NCBI RefSeq assembly: GCF_006345805.1
Contig: NC_042998.1
Span: 3,596,001 to 3,660,000, forward strand
Origin: Octopus sinensis
Lineage: Eukaryota
DNA: 64,000 nucleotides
Direction of reading: 5' to 3'
This document shows, piece after piece, positions 12,757-25,974 of this stretch. The first letter of the stretch is position 1. Each line of letters starts with the position of its first letter. A program made the position numbers and the translations under genes. The notes under the pieces were generated by a model, which saw nothing but the letters and a program-made list of their open reading frames with translations, ran no database searches and was not told the origin of the DNA.

Positions 12757-12882
12757 TATCTCTCTCTCTCTCTCTCTCTCTCTGTCTATCTATCTACTTG
12801 TCTATCTTTCTATTTGTCTATCTATCTATCTGTCTGTCTATCTGTCTGTCTATCTTTCTATCTATCTATCTATCTATCTATC

Positions 12883-12933
<51 letters not shown>

Positions 12934-13123
12934 CTATCTATATCTATCTATCTGTCTATTTATCTATCTATCTATCTATCTATCTATCCATCTCTATCTA
13001 TCTATCTATCTATCTATCCATCTCTATCTATCTATCTACCTATCTATCTATCCATCTCTATATCTATCTATCCATCTCTATCTATCTATCTACCTATCTA
13101 TCTATCCATCTCTATCTATCCAT

Positions 13124-13154
<31 letters not shown>

Positions 13155-13218
13155 CGTCGTCCGTCCGTCCGTCCGTCCGTCCGTCCGTCCGTCCGTCCGT
13201 CCGTCTGTCCGTCTGTCC

Positions 13219-13250
<32 letters not shown>

Positions 13251-13335
13251 GCCCGTCTGCCCGTCTGTCTGTCTGTCTGTCTGTCTGCCCGTCTGTCTGT
13301 CTGTCTGTCTACCTACACACACACACACATACGGT
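12757..13335. repeat. Compound microsatellite (CT)n-(TCTA)n/(TCCA)-(TCTG)n-(TCCG)n-(TCTG)n-(CA)n
   Basis: Directly visible; explains ORFs 12585-13376 and 12745-13365. Confidence 0.97.
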
Positions 13336-14432
13336 ATATATGTATGCATATATGTAACTGTATGATACTCGTGTAACTAAGCGAATTATTCCGAGTATTA
13401 GTCATGAATGCTTGATAATTCAATCCCTATAATATTTTGCCAAGAAACCTTGCCAATCAGCTGGTGATGTTATATTTGCGTATCCCCGCTTGGAAAACAC
13501 TGTTTATTGTAGGGCGCATGGATATTATAACAAAAACAAAGTTTAATGTACTTAATCGCATCAGGGATTCTGTTTGACACTGATTAGTAAAATAAAAACC
13601 TGCATTCCTTAAAACCCTGTGAAAATAATTTCAAACGACTAGTAAAACCTCAGGCTTAGATCTTTTAATAAAGGCTAGTGTATATAAGAAATTCGCAAAC
13701 TATAAACTTTGGTTCAATAATAAACTATGTAAAAATGTACAAGACTTGTGAGTGAGATTCACGAGGCTGTTGGTTTTGGGTCCTGGTCCCTGCTCAGCTC
13801 AGATCGAGATCTATAATCAAAAATATTACAGCCTGACAACCGTTGTTTTTTTTTTTTTTTGTTTTTTTTACTTGTATCTTAAACTTCATTATCCAAGAGT
13901 CCTTATTTTATCAAGCGACCGCGCAGAACGCTGGTTTCTCAATCTTTTGTAGTTCGGAATCCCCTTTCCTCGAACGAAATTTTACGAAATCACTTTTGTG
14001 AAGATTCACAAAAGACAGTAAATTACTTTAATCAAATAGTTAATTTCATTCGGTGGTTCATTGCCCATATTTTCATACAGTATTCCATCTAACATGTTCC
14101 TCTTTACGTATTTGAATGAACTTTTGCCCCTTATATTCTTGCAGAAAATGTGACAGTTTATATAACGAAGTTATATAAAACCTTGGTGCATTATTACTCT
14201 TGATTCTGCTCACTAATACCACTTTATCCTATTCACATTCTAATCCCCACCAAAAAGATTTTGAAAATATATGTAGAATATAAATATTATATCTGATTAA
14301 ATTTGTATTTCTAAGTAAAATCATGATAACCTCTAGATATCTGACGCCCCTGACAGGATATTTACCATCTCTTGTGAGCTCTCAATGCCCTCAAGGAGTA
14401 CCATTGACTAAAATTAACCATTTGCGCAGAGG

Positions 14433-15063
14433 ATCTCATAAGCAACAAAAGCCACATATATTAAGGGAAGGCTTTCTTTATCATTCAGTACATAAGAAGG
14501 ATGGTGTATAAACACAGTGTTAAGCTAAGTTCATTGTAAGTCAACAAACAGTGCTTTTCTCAATAAATATATAAAAATAGGAGTCATATAATCACAGTAA
14601 TGAATACCCAAAACGACAAAGGTCCTCTAAAACGACACAAGAAGTTCTTGTGTCATTTTAGGGGATTGATAATCTTTGATGTAAACACATCAACAAAATA
14701 TGGTTTCTCTGAACAAACTTCATGTGAAAATTTTATACAAATGCCACTCCTAGGTTTTGTAACATCAACAACGATACTTTCATATATGCGAATAAAATAC
14801 TGTAAATATTAATCAACAGAAATCTGAATAGTTAAACCCTGACATATAACTATAAAGTTCTTTATATATCAATCCTACAGAGGTTAGTAACCTCAACATA
14901 CTAGACAAAATGATTAATATAGACTCTGCTAATTCTATTAGTTAAAAATTAGAGAAAACCATCTGGTACAGAGCTATTTACAAACTGTATTACATGGTTT
15001 TTCACCAAGATCACTGAAAAGCAAATTACATGGCCTGCGATGACTTAATATGGTCAGGCTAGG
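14433..15063 (+). mobile_element. Highly decayed Penelope-like RT relic
   Basis: Broken frames give HSVHKKDG..KFIVSQ, VKILYKC and YLQ-like pieces in the order of PLE RT motifs. Weak. Confidence 0.35.
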
Positions 15064-15185
15064 ATTGCAACTTCTGCTGCTGTTGTTTACTCTCAGGTCA
15101 ATCAAAGATAGCCTGAGGCTCAATTCAAACTGTCGGAAGGAAAATGCATGTACATGTGCATCTATGTACATAGATTGTGTGTGTA

Positions 15186-15223
<38 letters not shown>

Positions 15224-15639
15224 TAATTTGAAGTCAGCAAACATTATAAACAGAAAGGACAACAGCAAGAATAAAGTTTACCGTCTGAGTTGTTGAAATT
15301 AGTGTCAACAATTCGGACTGAAGAGAAAAACAACAGGTACATTATATATATATATAATTCGCTACCAGTATATTCGAATATGTATAATATATAGTAAAGC
15401 TTCCCTTATGAATTACTAACCCCCATCGAATTATATCCTTCTTTCTTCAAAAGTCTGCTGAAAAACAAATTACATGGCCTGCGATGATTTATTATGGGCA
15501 GACTAGTATCTCATAAGCAACAAAAGCCACATATGTTAAGGGAAGACTTTCTTTATCATTCAGTACATAAGAAGGATGGTGTATAAACTCAGTGTTAAGC
15601 CAAGTTCATCGTAAATCAACAGATAGTGCTTTTCTCAAC

Positions 15640-16420
15640 CGATTGGGGGTTCTTTTGCTTTGGCTATATGTCATAATTTATTAATTTTTGTGGGTATTTC
15701 TGTTTTTGAAGGAACATGTTTAGTTCTGCCAGTCCTTTCTCTCGTCTGAGCATATATGTCTTATCATACCGAATAGTATGTTCCTTTTTGAATGGGAATG
15801 GTGGTAGGCATTAGAATGTTCAGAAAAGGGAGCTCCTTTTTATTTCTATACATAGTAAAATTGTAACAATTCATGAATGCCTTTTTACTTGTTTCAGTCA
15901 TTAGACTGTGACTATACTGGGGCACTACCTGAGTTTATTGATTTAAGGAATCTTGTACAGTCCTCCTTACTTTTGTTCCAAAATATGAAGTAGTCATTCA
16001 AGAAGCTTTTGCAGATTCCCTATTAAATAGATTTGTAAATAATGATCAAGTGTAATTCTGGACAGTGCATACATTTTTTCTTCTAGGTACCCCATTACTA
16101 GTGACGCAAACGTTGGTGCGACTTTCGTCCCCATTGCCATGCCTTGTACTTGTAGATAATATTGGTTATCAAAGAAGTTGTTGTTTTCTAGTACTAACCA
16201 TAATCCTTCAAGTTTAGATTCTTTTGGGAACCTCTCCCGAATTCTTTGTGGGTATTTATCTGTCCGGAATTCAAATATCCCATAGGGGATATTTGAGACT
16301 GGTTACGTCAAAGCTAACTAGGATTGTCTCTTTATCTATTCCTTCTAGAATATGGTTTAGGAAATCCATACTACCAAAGGCTAGTGACGTTTTTGTAAAT
16401 AGTTTATCATCCTTACCATT
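15640..16420 (-). mobile_element. Penelope-like element reverse transcriptase relic
   Basis: Minus strand SMDFLNHILEGIDKETILVSFDVTSL, then LVLENNNFFDNQYYLQVQGMAMGTKVAPTFASLVMGYLEEK, then FLQKQKYPQKLI. These are diagnostic PLE RT motifs, with frameshifts and stops. Confidence 0.85.
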
Positions 16421-17171
16421 TCTCTCCCCTTTTCATGTATATCAATGCTACCAAAAGATAATAAAAGTTAATATAACAACAATATACAATATGTATTTTA
16501 AAACGACTATCTGGACGGACCGAATGTCAATTCTTTTGTATTACTTTTACCACGTGATCACTCATCAAGTAATTTGCCAAACATATCTCCAAAGCATTAT
16601 GAATGGTTCATTAAAGGTGAGGAACTGACAGAATCTTTATCATGACAAACTGTGTTTAGTAGCATGTCTTCCAGCTTTACGTTCCCAGTTCAAATTTCTC
16701 ATTTGCCTTTCACCATTTCGGGGTTCATAAAATAAATGCCAGTTGAGCACTGGGGTTATTTAAAGCCTTAGCCCTTCCCCACAAAGTTTCAGGCAATGTG
16801 TCTGTAGTAGTAATAATTATTAACAGCACGTTAATAATACAGTAGTTAACTTTGTATTGTTTTTACGTTAGTTTTTCGTTATTTTACTTTTCTTTTATAA
16901 TGAGATTATCTTTATGGTATCGATAGATGTATTGAAGCCTTCCATCATTCTTTACATTTGATGCTAGGAGAAGCTTCTAGATAGTTCCTCGAAATGCTAG
17001 ACAATCTAGCCAAATCATTCTGAAATCATATCCTACCTCCTTAACAAAAAGGAAACACATAATATTGCCCTGGACAGTGTCTCTCATAGGGGTCGAGATG
17101 TGAGGATTGAAAAACGCTGTTTAATCGTAATGTTAAATTAAGATAGCTTCAAAATTTTAAAACTTGTCCGA

Positions 17172-17510
17172 TACCAAGGTTTCCAGTTCAGTTCCACTGT
17201 ATAGCACCTTGGACAAGTCTTCTGATATAGCACCGAGCCGACCATTTCCTTGTGAGTGCATTTGATAGATGGAAATCCGTCTTATTTGTGTGTCTTTATG
17301 TCTGTGTTTGTATTCACTCCATCACTTGTCAATTGGTATTTGTTTGTTGACGTATTCTTTAACTCAGAGGCTCTAGAAAAGAGACCGACAGCATAGTTCC
17401 AGACTTAAAATATAAGTCTTGGGGTCGATTTGTTCGACTAAAACCCTTCAAGTTAGTGTCCCATTATGGCCACAGTCCTATGACCGAAGCAAGTAAAAAA
17501 TAAAAGAGAG
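17172..17510 (+). mobile_element. SINE group A, older diverged copy
   Basis: gcaccttggacaagtcttctg...ggggtcgatttgttcgac...gaagcaagtaaaa. Confidence 0.8.
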
Positions 17511-19004
17511 GTTGCAAACTTTATTTTGCTTTCTCATTAGGAGTGAAAAAGAGGCAGACAATTTTAATATTGGAAGCGAAACTACTATTTGTCTTTTTAA
17601 GAACCGCTTGTCTAAGGTACACCATTCTGGAAAACCAAACGAGATGTCTATGGCTTGAATGCTTTCTGTCATATATCTGTTCGACCAAGATTGACTTGGG
17701 AAGCATAGAATCATAGCGTTCGTAGGTTTCGAAGCTTGAAGTTATCACCAAGTCTCAACACAGAAAACAGAATCTACGTTCTAGTCCTAAAAACTCCATC
17801 TTACCTACAAAAGTTAAAAAAAGTTATACAGCCCCCCACCCCCTCTAGTCGATTAATAAGTCAGACTAAACCACAATTAAGAAGATATTGAGAGAAAATC
17901 GTTGACAGAATCATCCTCATAGTCAAAAACAATTCCTACCTTTTACTGTGGACATAAAGACACACATATAAGGTGGTAGGATTTGAAGCTTTACCCATTT
18001 ATTTTTCTTATGTATTTTTTCATCCGGTATAATCCTTATCTGTCTGTTTCCTACTTTATAATTCATTGCAAGCTAAGTAACAATATCAGCTGAGTTTATA
18101 CTTACTGACATAATTATAGACAGAAAAAGAAAAAAAGATATACTCGACAGAAATAGATAAGCCAAAGAAACCTCTTGCTATGATCCACTGCCTACGTTCC
18201 CTGCTGTAGACATTTCTGAAATCCTTCAACAAAGAGCAAAGTTCACGTTTAGTCTCGGTGAACTAGTTCTAGGAAATTTATTCTAACATTTGCTTGTCAC
18301 TTGCATATATATAAATATATGTATGTGTGTGTATTGTATGGTGTGTGTTAAAGGCTAAACTTTCAAGGTTAAATGAAATAATGTAATAAATAAATAGATA
18401 AAAGAAAAGTGATAAAGAAAGCAGAAAGAAACAAACCCTCAGAGCTGATGTTTTGCAACACTGGAAAAAAAATTTACATTGTGAGAGAAATTTGGCGAGT
18501 TTTGTACGCTGTCGGCGGAGAATCTACCTTGCGGCTTTTAGTTACATTCATTTACATTCTGATTTCAAATCCCACCGCGGTCGACTTTGTTTAATTTTCC
18601 GAGATCGATAAAACAATACCAGTAAAGCTCTGGTTTAACCTTTGCTCTCCGCTTATAAAAGTTTCTAGCATTATGCTAATGCTAGAAATTATTCTGATAA
18701 TAATGCTTTGTAATGAAGTATCAGTTTGAACACCAATATTAAGTTAGGCTGGTTTGTTTTCTGAGTTCATATCCTACCGAAGTCAACTTTATCCAACACC
18801 ATTCTGAGATCGATAAGATAATTACTCATCAAGTACTGAAATAAATTCAGTTAGATATGAAATTCCCCATTCCAAACAAGCATTTGAAAAAAAGAGAAAA
18901 ATAATTTTGTTTTGGTTATTTTGTGTGTGCGCGACCACATGTGTACGCGCGCCTGCATGTGAGTGCGCTGTCCTACATGTGTGTTTGTGTGAAACTCGTT
19001 CCTT

Positions 19005-19132
19005 AAACTTGTGGTCCCAGTTAACGATCCCCCTGCGTGGCACCTTGGGCAAGTGTCTTCTTCTATAGCCTCTGGCCGAACAAAACCCTGTGAGTGGATT
19101 TGGTAGACGGAAACTGAAAGAAGCCCGTCATA

Positions 19133-19181
<49 letters not shown>

Positions 19182-19390
19182 ATGTTTGTGTGTCTGTGTT
19201 TGTCTCCCCAACATCGCTTGACAACCGATGCTGGTGTGTTTACGTCCCCGTAACTTAGCGGTTCGGCAGAAAAGACCGGTAGAATAAGTACTAGGCTTAC
19301 AAAGAAGTCCTGGGGTCGATTTGCTCGACTAAAGGCGGTGCTCCAGCATGGCCATAGTGAAATGACTGAAACAAGTAAAAGAGTAAAGAG
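19005..19390 (+). mobile_element. SINE group A
   Basis: gcgtggcaccttgggcaagtgtcttc...aagtaaaagagtaaagag. Confidence 0.9.
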
Positions 19391-19732
19391 TTCTATTCAA
19401 TCCGAATGTTGTGAGGGAAATTAGATTAGACGAAATCTGTAGTAGCCCGTCGTATGGACAGTAGCCTATGTTGAGGAGCTGTTTGAGGAGTGTTCGATAT
19501 TTGAGCAGAGTAGTGCATGGTGTATATGGCAGTCACATGAGGAGCACACGGATGTTCACACACAGAAAAACACTCAGAGCTGTGTAGAACTGAGCGCTTA
19601 AACGTGCACAAAGAATGAGATGAATATCGAAAAAACACTATACAGATTAATATACGCTCTAGCAGATTTGAACGCGAATAACTAATCATACATTGGTAAA
19701 ATATGTTTTTATTAACCACTAATTATCTAGAT

Positions 19733-20044
19733 GTGGAGGCACATGGCCTAGCAGTTAGAGCAGCGGACTCCTGGTCGAGGAATCGCGGGTTCGAATCTCA
19801 GACCGGGCGATGTGTGTGTTTATGAGCGAAACACCTAAGATCCACGCGGCTCCGGCAGAAAGTAATGGCGAGACTTCTGCTGACTCTTTCGCCATAACTT
19901 TCACTCACACTTTCGCTCTGCATCTTCCAGCTCACCTGCGACGGACCGGCACCCCGTCCGGGTGGGGCACCTATACGCCATAGGAACCGGAAAACCGGAC
20001 CTCGTGAGCCAGGCGTGGCTCGAGAGGGAACAAACAAACAAAAC
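19733..20044 (+). mobile_element. tRNA-derived SINE, group C, with 12-bp target-site duplication
   Basis: A box TGGCCTAGCAG, B box GGTTCGAATC, (AAAC)n tail. AATTATCTAGAT occurs at 19721-19732 and 20045-20056. Confidence 0.9.
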
Positions 20045-20099
20045 AATTATCTAGATAATTAATATTTCTTTTACAATCTGTTTATTGGTGTTGGATGCA

Positions 20100-21150
20100 T
20101 CAATATGGAAGTAAAAATGTATGTGTGTTATCTTTTTTCCCGCTGCATTTTGAGCGTGGAGCTGGATGCCTTTAGATGTTTATATGTAGGTACAAACGTG
20201 TTTTTGACAAGGCTTTGTTTTAAAAATGAATTTAGGAAGAATTAGGCTACGGGTGTTGTTACTTTAAAGTTAAATGAGGTTTGCGTAACATATCTCGTCT
20301 CTTTTGTTTGTTTTGTTCTGGAGTTATGGGTTTTTATGAAATGTATTTTATGTTCAAAACCACTAAAGCAATATTCGTTGCCTGAATGCTGAGCGGGACG
20401 AAGCCAAATGTTTTTGGAGAGCTTTTAAATTATAGTTGTATGGTTCGATAAAGTGTGTATATATTACAAGGTTTCACTGGGTTTCTTCAACGGTTGGTAT
20501 TAAGAGCTGGTAAGATTTAAGATGACTCGAAAACCGATTCCTTTAATGATGGTGTTGTTGATAGTGCAGTTAAAGTACTTAGTTTTTTTTTCTGTATTTT
20601 CTGTAATGATGGGGTTTGTGCTTTTCAGGATTAAAAATAAAGAAAACTGTCACCTTTGTTGATGGGAAGAGATTTTGTTTTTATTTGATGTTGAATAGGT
20701 CGATCGAGTCACTTTCTTCGACTGAATCGAATGTGCTGATGCTGAGGTCAAAAAGGATGAGTGGAGTGCTTTTTAATCAATAAGCTGTTGTTGAAGAAAA
20801 TTACAGATTTTATAACGTACCTCAAGATGTTGGATCCAAATAGGTGACAATTTTGGGATGAAGCAATTGAAAGGTATTAGTTGTTGACGTCGAATTGTGC
20901 GAAAGTTTACGTTTTCTCTATGCTGTTACTCCACAGTGAAAGGTAGGAATTGTTTTTGACTATGAGGATGATTCTGTCTACGATTTTTCTCTTAGTATCT
21001 TCTTAATTGTGGTTTAGTCTGAATTATTAATCGACTAGAGGGGGTGGGGGGGCTGTATAACTTTTTTTAACCTTTATCGGTAAGCTGGAGTTTTTAGGAT
21101 TAGAACGTAGATTCTGTTTTCTGTGTTGAGACTTGGTGATAACTTCAAGG
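20100..21150 (-). mobile_element. Old LINE RT relic
   Basis: Minus strand LILFDLSISTFDSVE (cf. DLSxAFDxV) followed by an LPINKG-like piece; many stops. Confidence 0.5.
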
Positions 21151-22500
21151 TTATTTGTTTCTTCTTTATTTTTCTTTGTAAATATTTGCCATGTTTTGTG
21201 TGGATGGCTCCATTTGATAGACACTTTAGGGCTTATTCAAGTGTACAAAGACGCTCTGGCTTTTGGACAAGAAGTGGGCTTCTTTAGGGGTTCCTTGGAA
21301 GTTCTTCATGTCGTTCCTGTATTTCGAGTTTTAAATTAGCGACTAGTTCGTTATAAGGTGTACATTTAATCACCCTAAATCTCAAGCTTAGCATAGATAC
21401 AGTGTTATTCTCTGATTAAGTTCAAGTTATTTTCTAATATAGGCACAAACCACATATACTCACACACACAGGCGCACGCGCGTACGCATAGATACATACA
21501 TACATACATACGTACACACACGCGCGTGCGTGTTTTTTTTGTTGCCAATATGCACACGCACTATTTATTGGATCTCCACTTTAACTTTATTATCGGAGTT
21601 CTTTCGTCACACCATTCTGTGATCTCTTCAGTGGCTTCCTGTTCCTCATATCTCCTCTCTGGTCGTGTTCTGTCTATTCTATTTTTATTTTTCTGTATTT
21701 ATATACACGCCATATTGGCTGTCTTTTACGATCGATTAAAATAATAAGGCTTTGGAAATTTTTTTGTTCTTTTTCTTTTAATTTCTTGGTCAAAGGGCAA
21801 GGCAGAACCCATGATCTGTTACAGGATTTCTGAGTCTGATGGAAGTGACGGAGGAATGTATTCCCAAACCAGAATGTTTGCGAAAGAGTTGACTTCGCTA
21901 AAGGCAGAGAAGATGCCCGGTATTGGTATAAAATCGGGCGATGGATTAAATCATAGCGCGATTTGAACTCAGAAGGCAGCGAACTGAAACAAATACTGCA
22001 AGGCACCCGGTCTGACATTCTTACAGCTACGCCAATCTACATTAATACTTTCTTTTATCTCATCTTTTTATTGGTCCCAGATGGATTAAAGATAAAAGTT
22101 TCTTTTTATGGCGACGACGAGGATTGAACTCATAAACATCTGACATACTTTTAAATGCTGTTGAGTAAGTTAAAGGTGAACGCCGACGTGAGTAGTCTTA
22201 TGATCAAAGATGCTCAAGCCATGATCGCAATGGCTTTTTTTTATATGATGTACTTCTAGGGCTATGTCATCCTTGACACACGCGTGTCCTTCCCTTTTTA
22301 TACGAGCGAGGTTTGATTGCTTGTTTTAGCAGGTTGAGCGGCCGCGTAGCCTCAGTATTGCTCTGCGTGTAATCCGATGATGGTATATCGTTTGTACCAA
22401 CTCACTCGCCTTGTGTGTAAATGTGTATGGTGTGCGGTAGATATAGAGACAGAAAACGAAAATAAGAAGGAAAAAAGTGTGTGTGTGTGTGTGTGTGTGT

Positions 22501-23398
22501 GGTTGACTGGCTGCTGGCTGTGGAAAGACACCCCATACAATTAGGTCAGTAGTCCAGAATAACCTTCCTTCTCAGACACACGGTTCCATATGTTAAATAG
22601 ATTCCCTCTCTGCCCTCTTCTCGTCTTACTTTCTTTTCTTTCCCTTTCACTAAATGGAAAACAGTTTATAGAAATCTTGTTCCATTGGCACTGTATGCCT
22701 GTAACTGATGTCTCTGACAGTTTTTCTCTTTAATTTCTTTTACTGTTGAGTTCTTTCTTATTTTCTTTCTTATTTTCTTTCTTATTTTCTTTCTTATTTT
22801 CTTTCTTATTTTCTTTCTTTCTTTCCTTCTTTCCTCCTTTCTTTCTTTCTTTCTTTTACTTCTTTCTTTCTTTTACTTCTTTCTTTCTAATTCTTCGAAA
22901 TTTCCTCGTAAATTCACATTTTCGAATTGCTATTAGTATTACTTTAACAAAACAAATACAAATGTCATCTTCTATTTGAGTTTTAATATTTTAGGAGCTG
23001 AAAGTGATGCAACGACCTGGTTTCGTGCGTAAAAGCATCAGTATTTTAATGCCTGGATGTCATCAGATCTTTTAATGTTTATATTTCCCCAGTGATCTTT
23101 TTCGCCTGTTCAATATCCTGGATGGAGTCATTTTATTCTACTTACCCCGCTAATCTGTCTGGCCAGATATTAAATAACAAATTTGTGTATACATCTATGG
23201 TACTATGTTTAATTACACTCTCAGCAACGGCGGTGGGTGCAGGAGTGGAGTCACCAGCAACGGCAGGGTATTGTTTACACTCAAGAAGTGATTCCAAATT
23301 TCGGAGTCGTCGTCGTCATCATCATTATTATCCTCATTATTATTGCCAGTCAGCCAAGCAACAAGTCAATTATCCTTTTGGTATTTTAATGTGAGTGA

Positions 23399-23441
<43 letters not shown>

Positions 23442-24342
23442 GTTGACTGGCTGCTGGCTGTGGAAAGACACCCCATACAATTAGGTCAGTAGTCCAGAAT
23501 AACCTTCCTTCTCAGACACACGGTTCCATATGTTAAATAGATTCCCTCTCTGCCTCTTCTCGTCTTACTTTCTTTTCTTCCCTTTCACTAAATGGAAAAC
23601 AGTTTATAGAAATCTTGTTCCATTGGCACTGTATGCCTGTAACTGATGTCTCTGACAGTTTTTCTCTTTAATTTCTTTTACTGTTGAGTTCTTTCTTTCT
23701 TTCTTATTTTCTTTCTTTCTTATTTTCTTCTTATTTTCTTTCTTTCTTTTTTCTTTCTTTCTTTCTTTCCTTCTTTCCTCCTTTCTTTCTTTCTTTCTTT
23801 TACTTCTTTCTTTCTTTCTTTTACTTCTTCTTTCTAATTCTTCGAAATTTCCTCGTAAATTCACATTTTCGAATTGCTATTAGTATTACTTTAACAAAAC
23901 AAATACAAATGTCATCTTCTATTTGAGTTTTAATATTTTAGGAGCTGAAAGTGATGCAACGACCTGGTTTCGTGCGTAAAAGCATCAGTATTTTAATGCC
24001 TGGATGTCATCAGATCTTTTAATGTTTATATTTCCCCAGTGATCTTTTTCGCCTGTTCAATATCCTGGATGGAGTCATTTTATTCTACTTACCCCGCTAA
24101 TCTGTCTGGCCAGATATTAAATAACAAATTTGTGTATACATCTATGGTACTATGTTTAATTACACTCTCAGCAACGGCGGTGGGTGCAGGAGTGGAGTCA
24201 CCAGCAACGGCAGGGTATTGTTTACACTCAAGAAGTGATTCCAAATTTCGGAGTCGTCGTCGTCATCATCATTATTATCCTCATTATTATTGCCAGTCAG
24301 CCAAGCAACAAGTCAATTATCCTTTTGGTATTTTAATGTGAG

Positions 24343-24394
<52 letters not shown>

Positions 24395-24676
24395 GTTGAC
24401 TGGCTGCTGGCTGTGGAAAGACACCCCATACAATTAGGTCAGTAGTCCAGAATAACCTTCCTTCTCAGACACACGGTTCCATATGTTAAATAGATTCCCT
24501 CTCTGCCCTCTTCTCGTCTTACTTTCTTTTCTTTCCCTTTCACTAAATGGAAAACAGTTTATAGAAATCTTGTTCCATTGGCACTGTATGCCTGTAACTG
24601 ATGTCTCTGACAGTTTTTCTCTTTAATTTCTTTTACTGTTGAGTTCTTTCTTTCTTTCTTATTTTCTTTCTTATTT

Positions 24677-24708
<32 letters not shown>

Positions 24709-25268
24709 TTACTTCTTTCTTTCTTTTACTTCTTTCTTTCTTTTACTTCTTTCTTTCTAATTCTTCGAAATTTCCTCGTAAATTCACATTTTCGAATTGC
24801 TATTAGTATTACTTTAACAAAACAAATACAAATGTCATCTTCTATTTGAGTTTTAATATTTTAGGAGCTGAAAGTGATGCAACGACCTGGTTTCGTGCGT
24901 AAAAGCATCAGTATTTTAATGCCTGGATGTCATCAGATCTTTTAATGTTTATATTTCCCCAGTGATCTTTTTCGCCTGTTCAATATCCTGGATGGAGTCA
25001 TTTTATTCTACTTACCCCGCTAATCTGTCTGGCCAGATATTAAATAACAAATTTGTGTATACATCTATGGTACTATGTTTAATTACACTCTCAGCAACGG
25101 CGGTGGGTGCAGGAGTGGAGTCACCAGCAACGGCAGGGTATTGTTTACACTCAAGAAGTGATTCCAAATTTCGGAGTCGTCGTCGTCATCATCATTATTA
25201 TCCTCATTATTATTGCCAGTCAGCCAAGCAACAAGTCAATTATCCTTTTGGTATTTTAATGTGAGTGA

Positions 25269-25310
<42 letters not shown>
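22501..25310. repeat. Tandem triplication of a ~920-950 bp unit bounded by (TG)n tracts
   Basis: Units start at 22501, 23441 and 24394 (ggttgactggctgctggctg...). The identical 100-aa ORF recurs at 23092, 24039 and 24962. Confidence 0.97.
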
Positions 25311-25640
25311 AACACAAAACAAAAATTGGATTGAGAACGTAACATTCGGACAATTAAACGATGAAAAGAAGGACGGGTCATTCGGAGCTTCCTATCCTCA
25401 GTCGAGTACCAGATTATCTTAGCAGTTTCGACGGTCACACTCAAGACTGCTCCAATCTGACCGGCTCCAAGAAAATCTAAGCTAAGAGTGCTAGATTCTT
25501 TGGAAGAAAGCAAACGAATGTATAACGAAAAGAAGGACGAAAAAAAACCCCAGAGATATGGTACACAATTACAAATACAAACAACAGGACATTAACAACA
25601 GGTGTCTTTCGACTAAAGACGAATTAAATTAAGCTGGAGT
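25311..25640 (-). mobile_element. Putative Penelope-like tail, same family as 660-1008
   Basis: Reverse complement aligns by eye with 660-1008; its 3' end abuts the (TG)n tract. Confidence 0.55.
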
Positions 25641-25974
25641 GTGTGGAAGTGAAGCCCTACGGCAGGGACATAAGAGATGAAAGTCATGGGAAGGAATATA
25701 ATATGATATAAAATTTCAGGTCGCGTGCTATAGATACATGGCTTGAAATTTTGCAGGGAGTTTGGCTAGACGATTACATCAATCTCAGTCGGTGGAATCT
25801 GAACTCGGAACGTAAAACCGGAAGAGATGTCGTGTAGCATTGTGTCCGCCGTGTTAGCGATTCTAACAGGACGTCGCCTTTGTGAATGTATACATTTATG
25901 ACTACTTCGTATTATACTCTTTTCGGATGATCTGATACCTTAGCTCTTTTGCAATATATATATATTTCAATATG

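Noticed and set aside
12585-13376. 263-aa and 206-aa ORFs
   Set aside because: Translations of a tetranucleotide microsatellite and a SINE fragment.
23092-25264. Three identical 100-aa ORFs (MIFFACSISW...) as a tandem gene family
   Set aside because: GTG start, no recognisable domain, and the His/Arg run comes from a (CGT/CAT/TAT) microsatellite. The identity simply reflects the DNA triplication.
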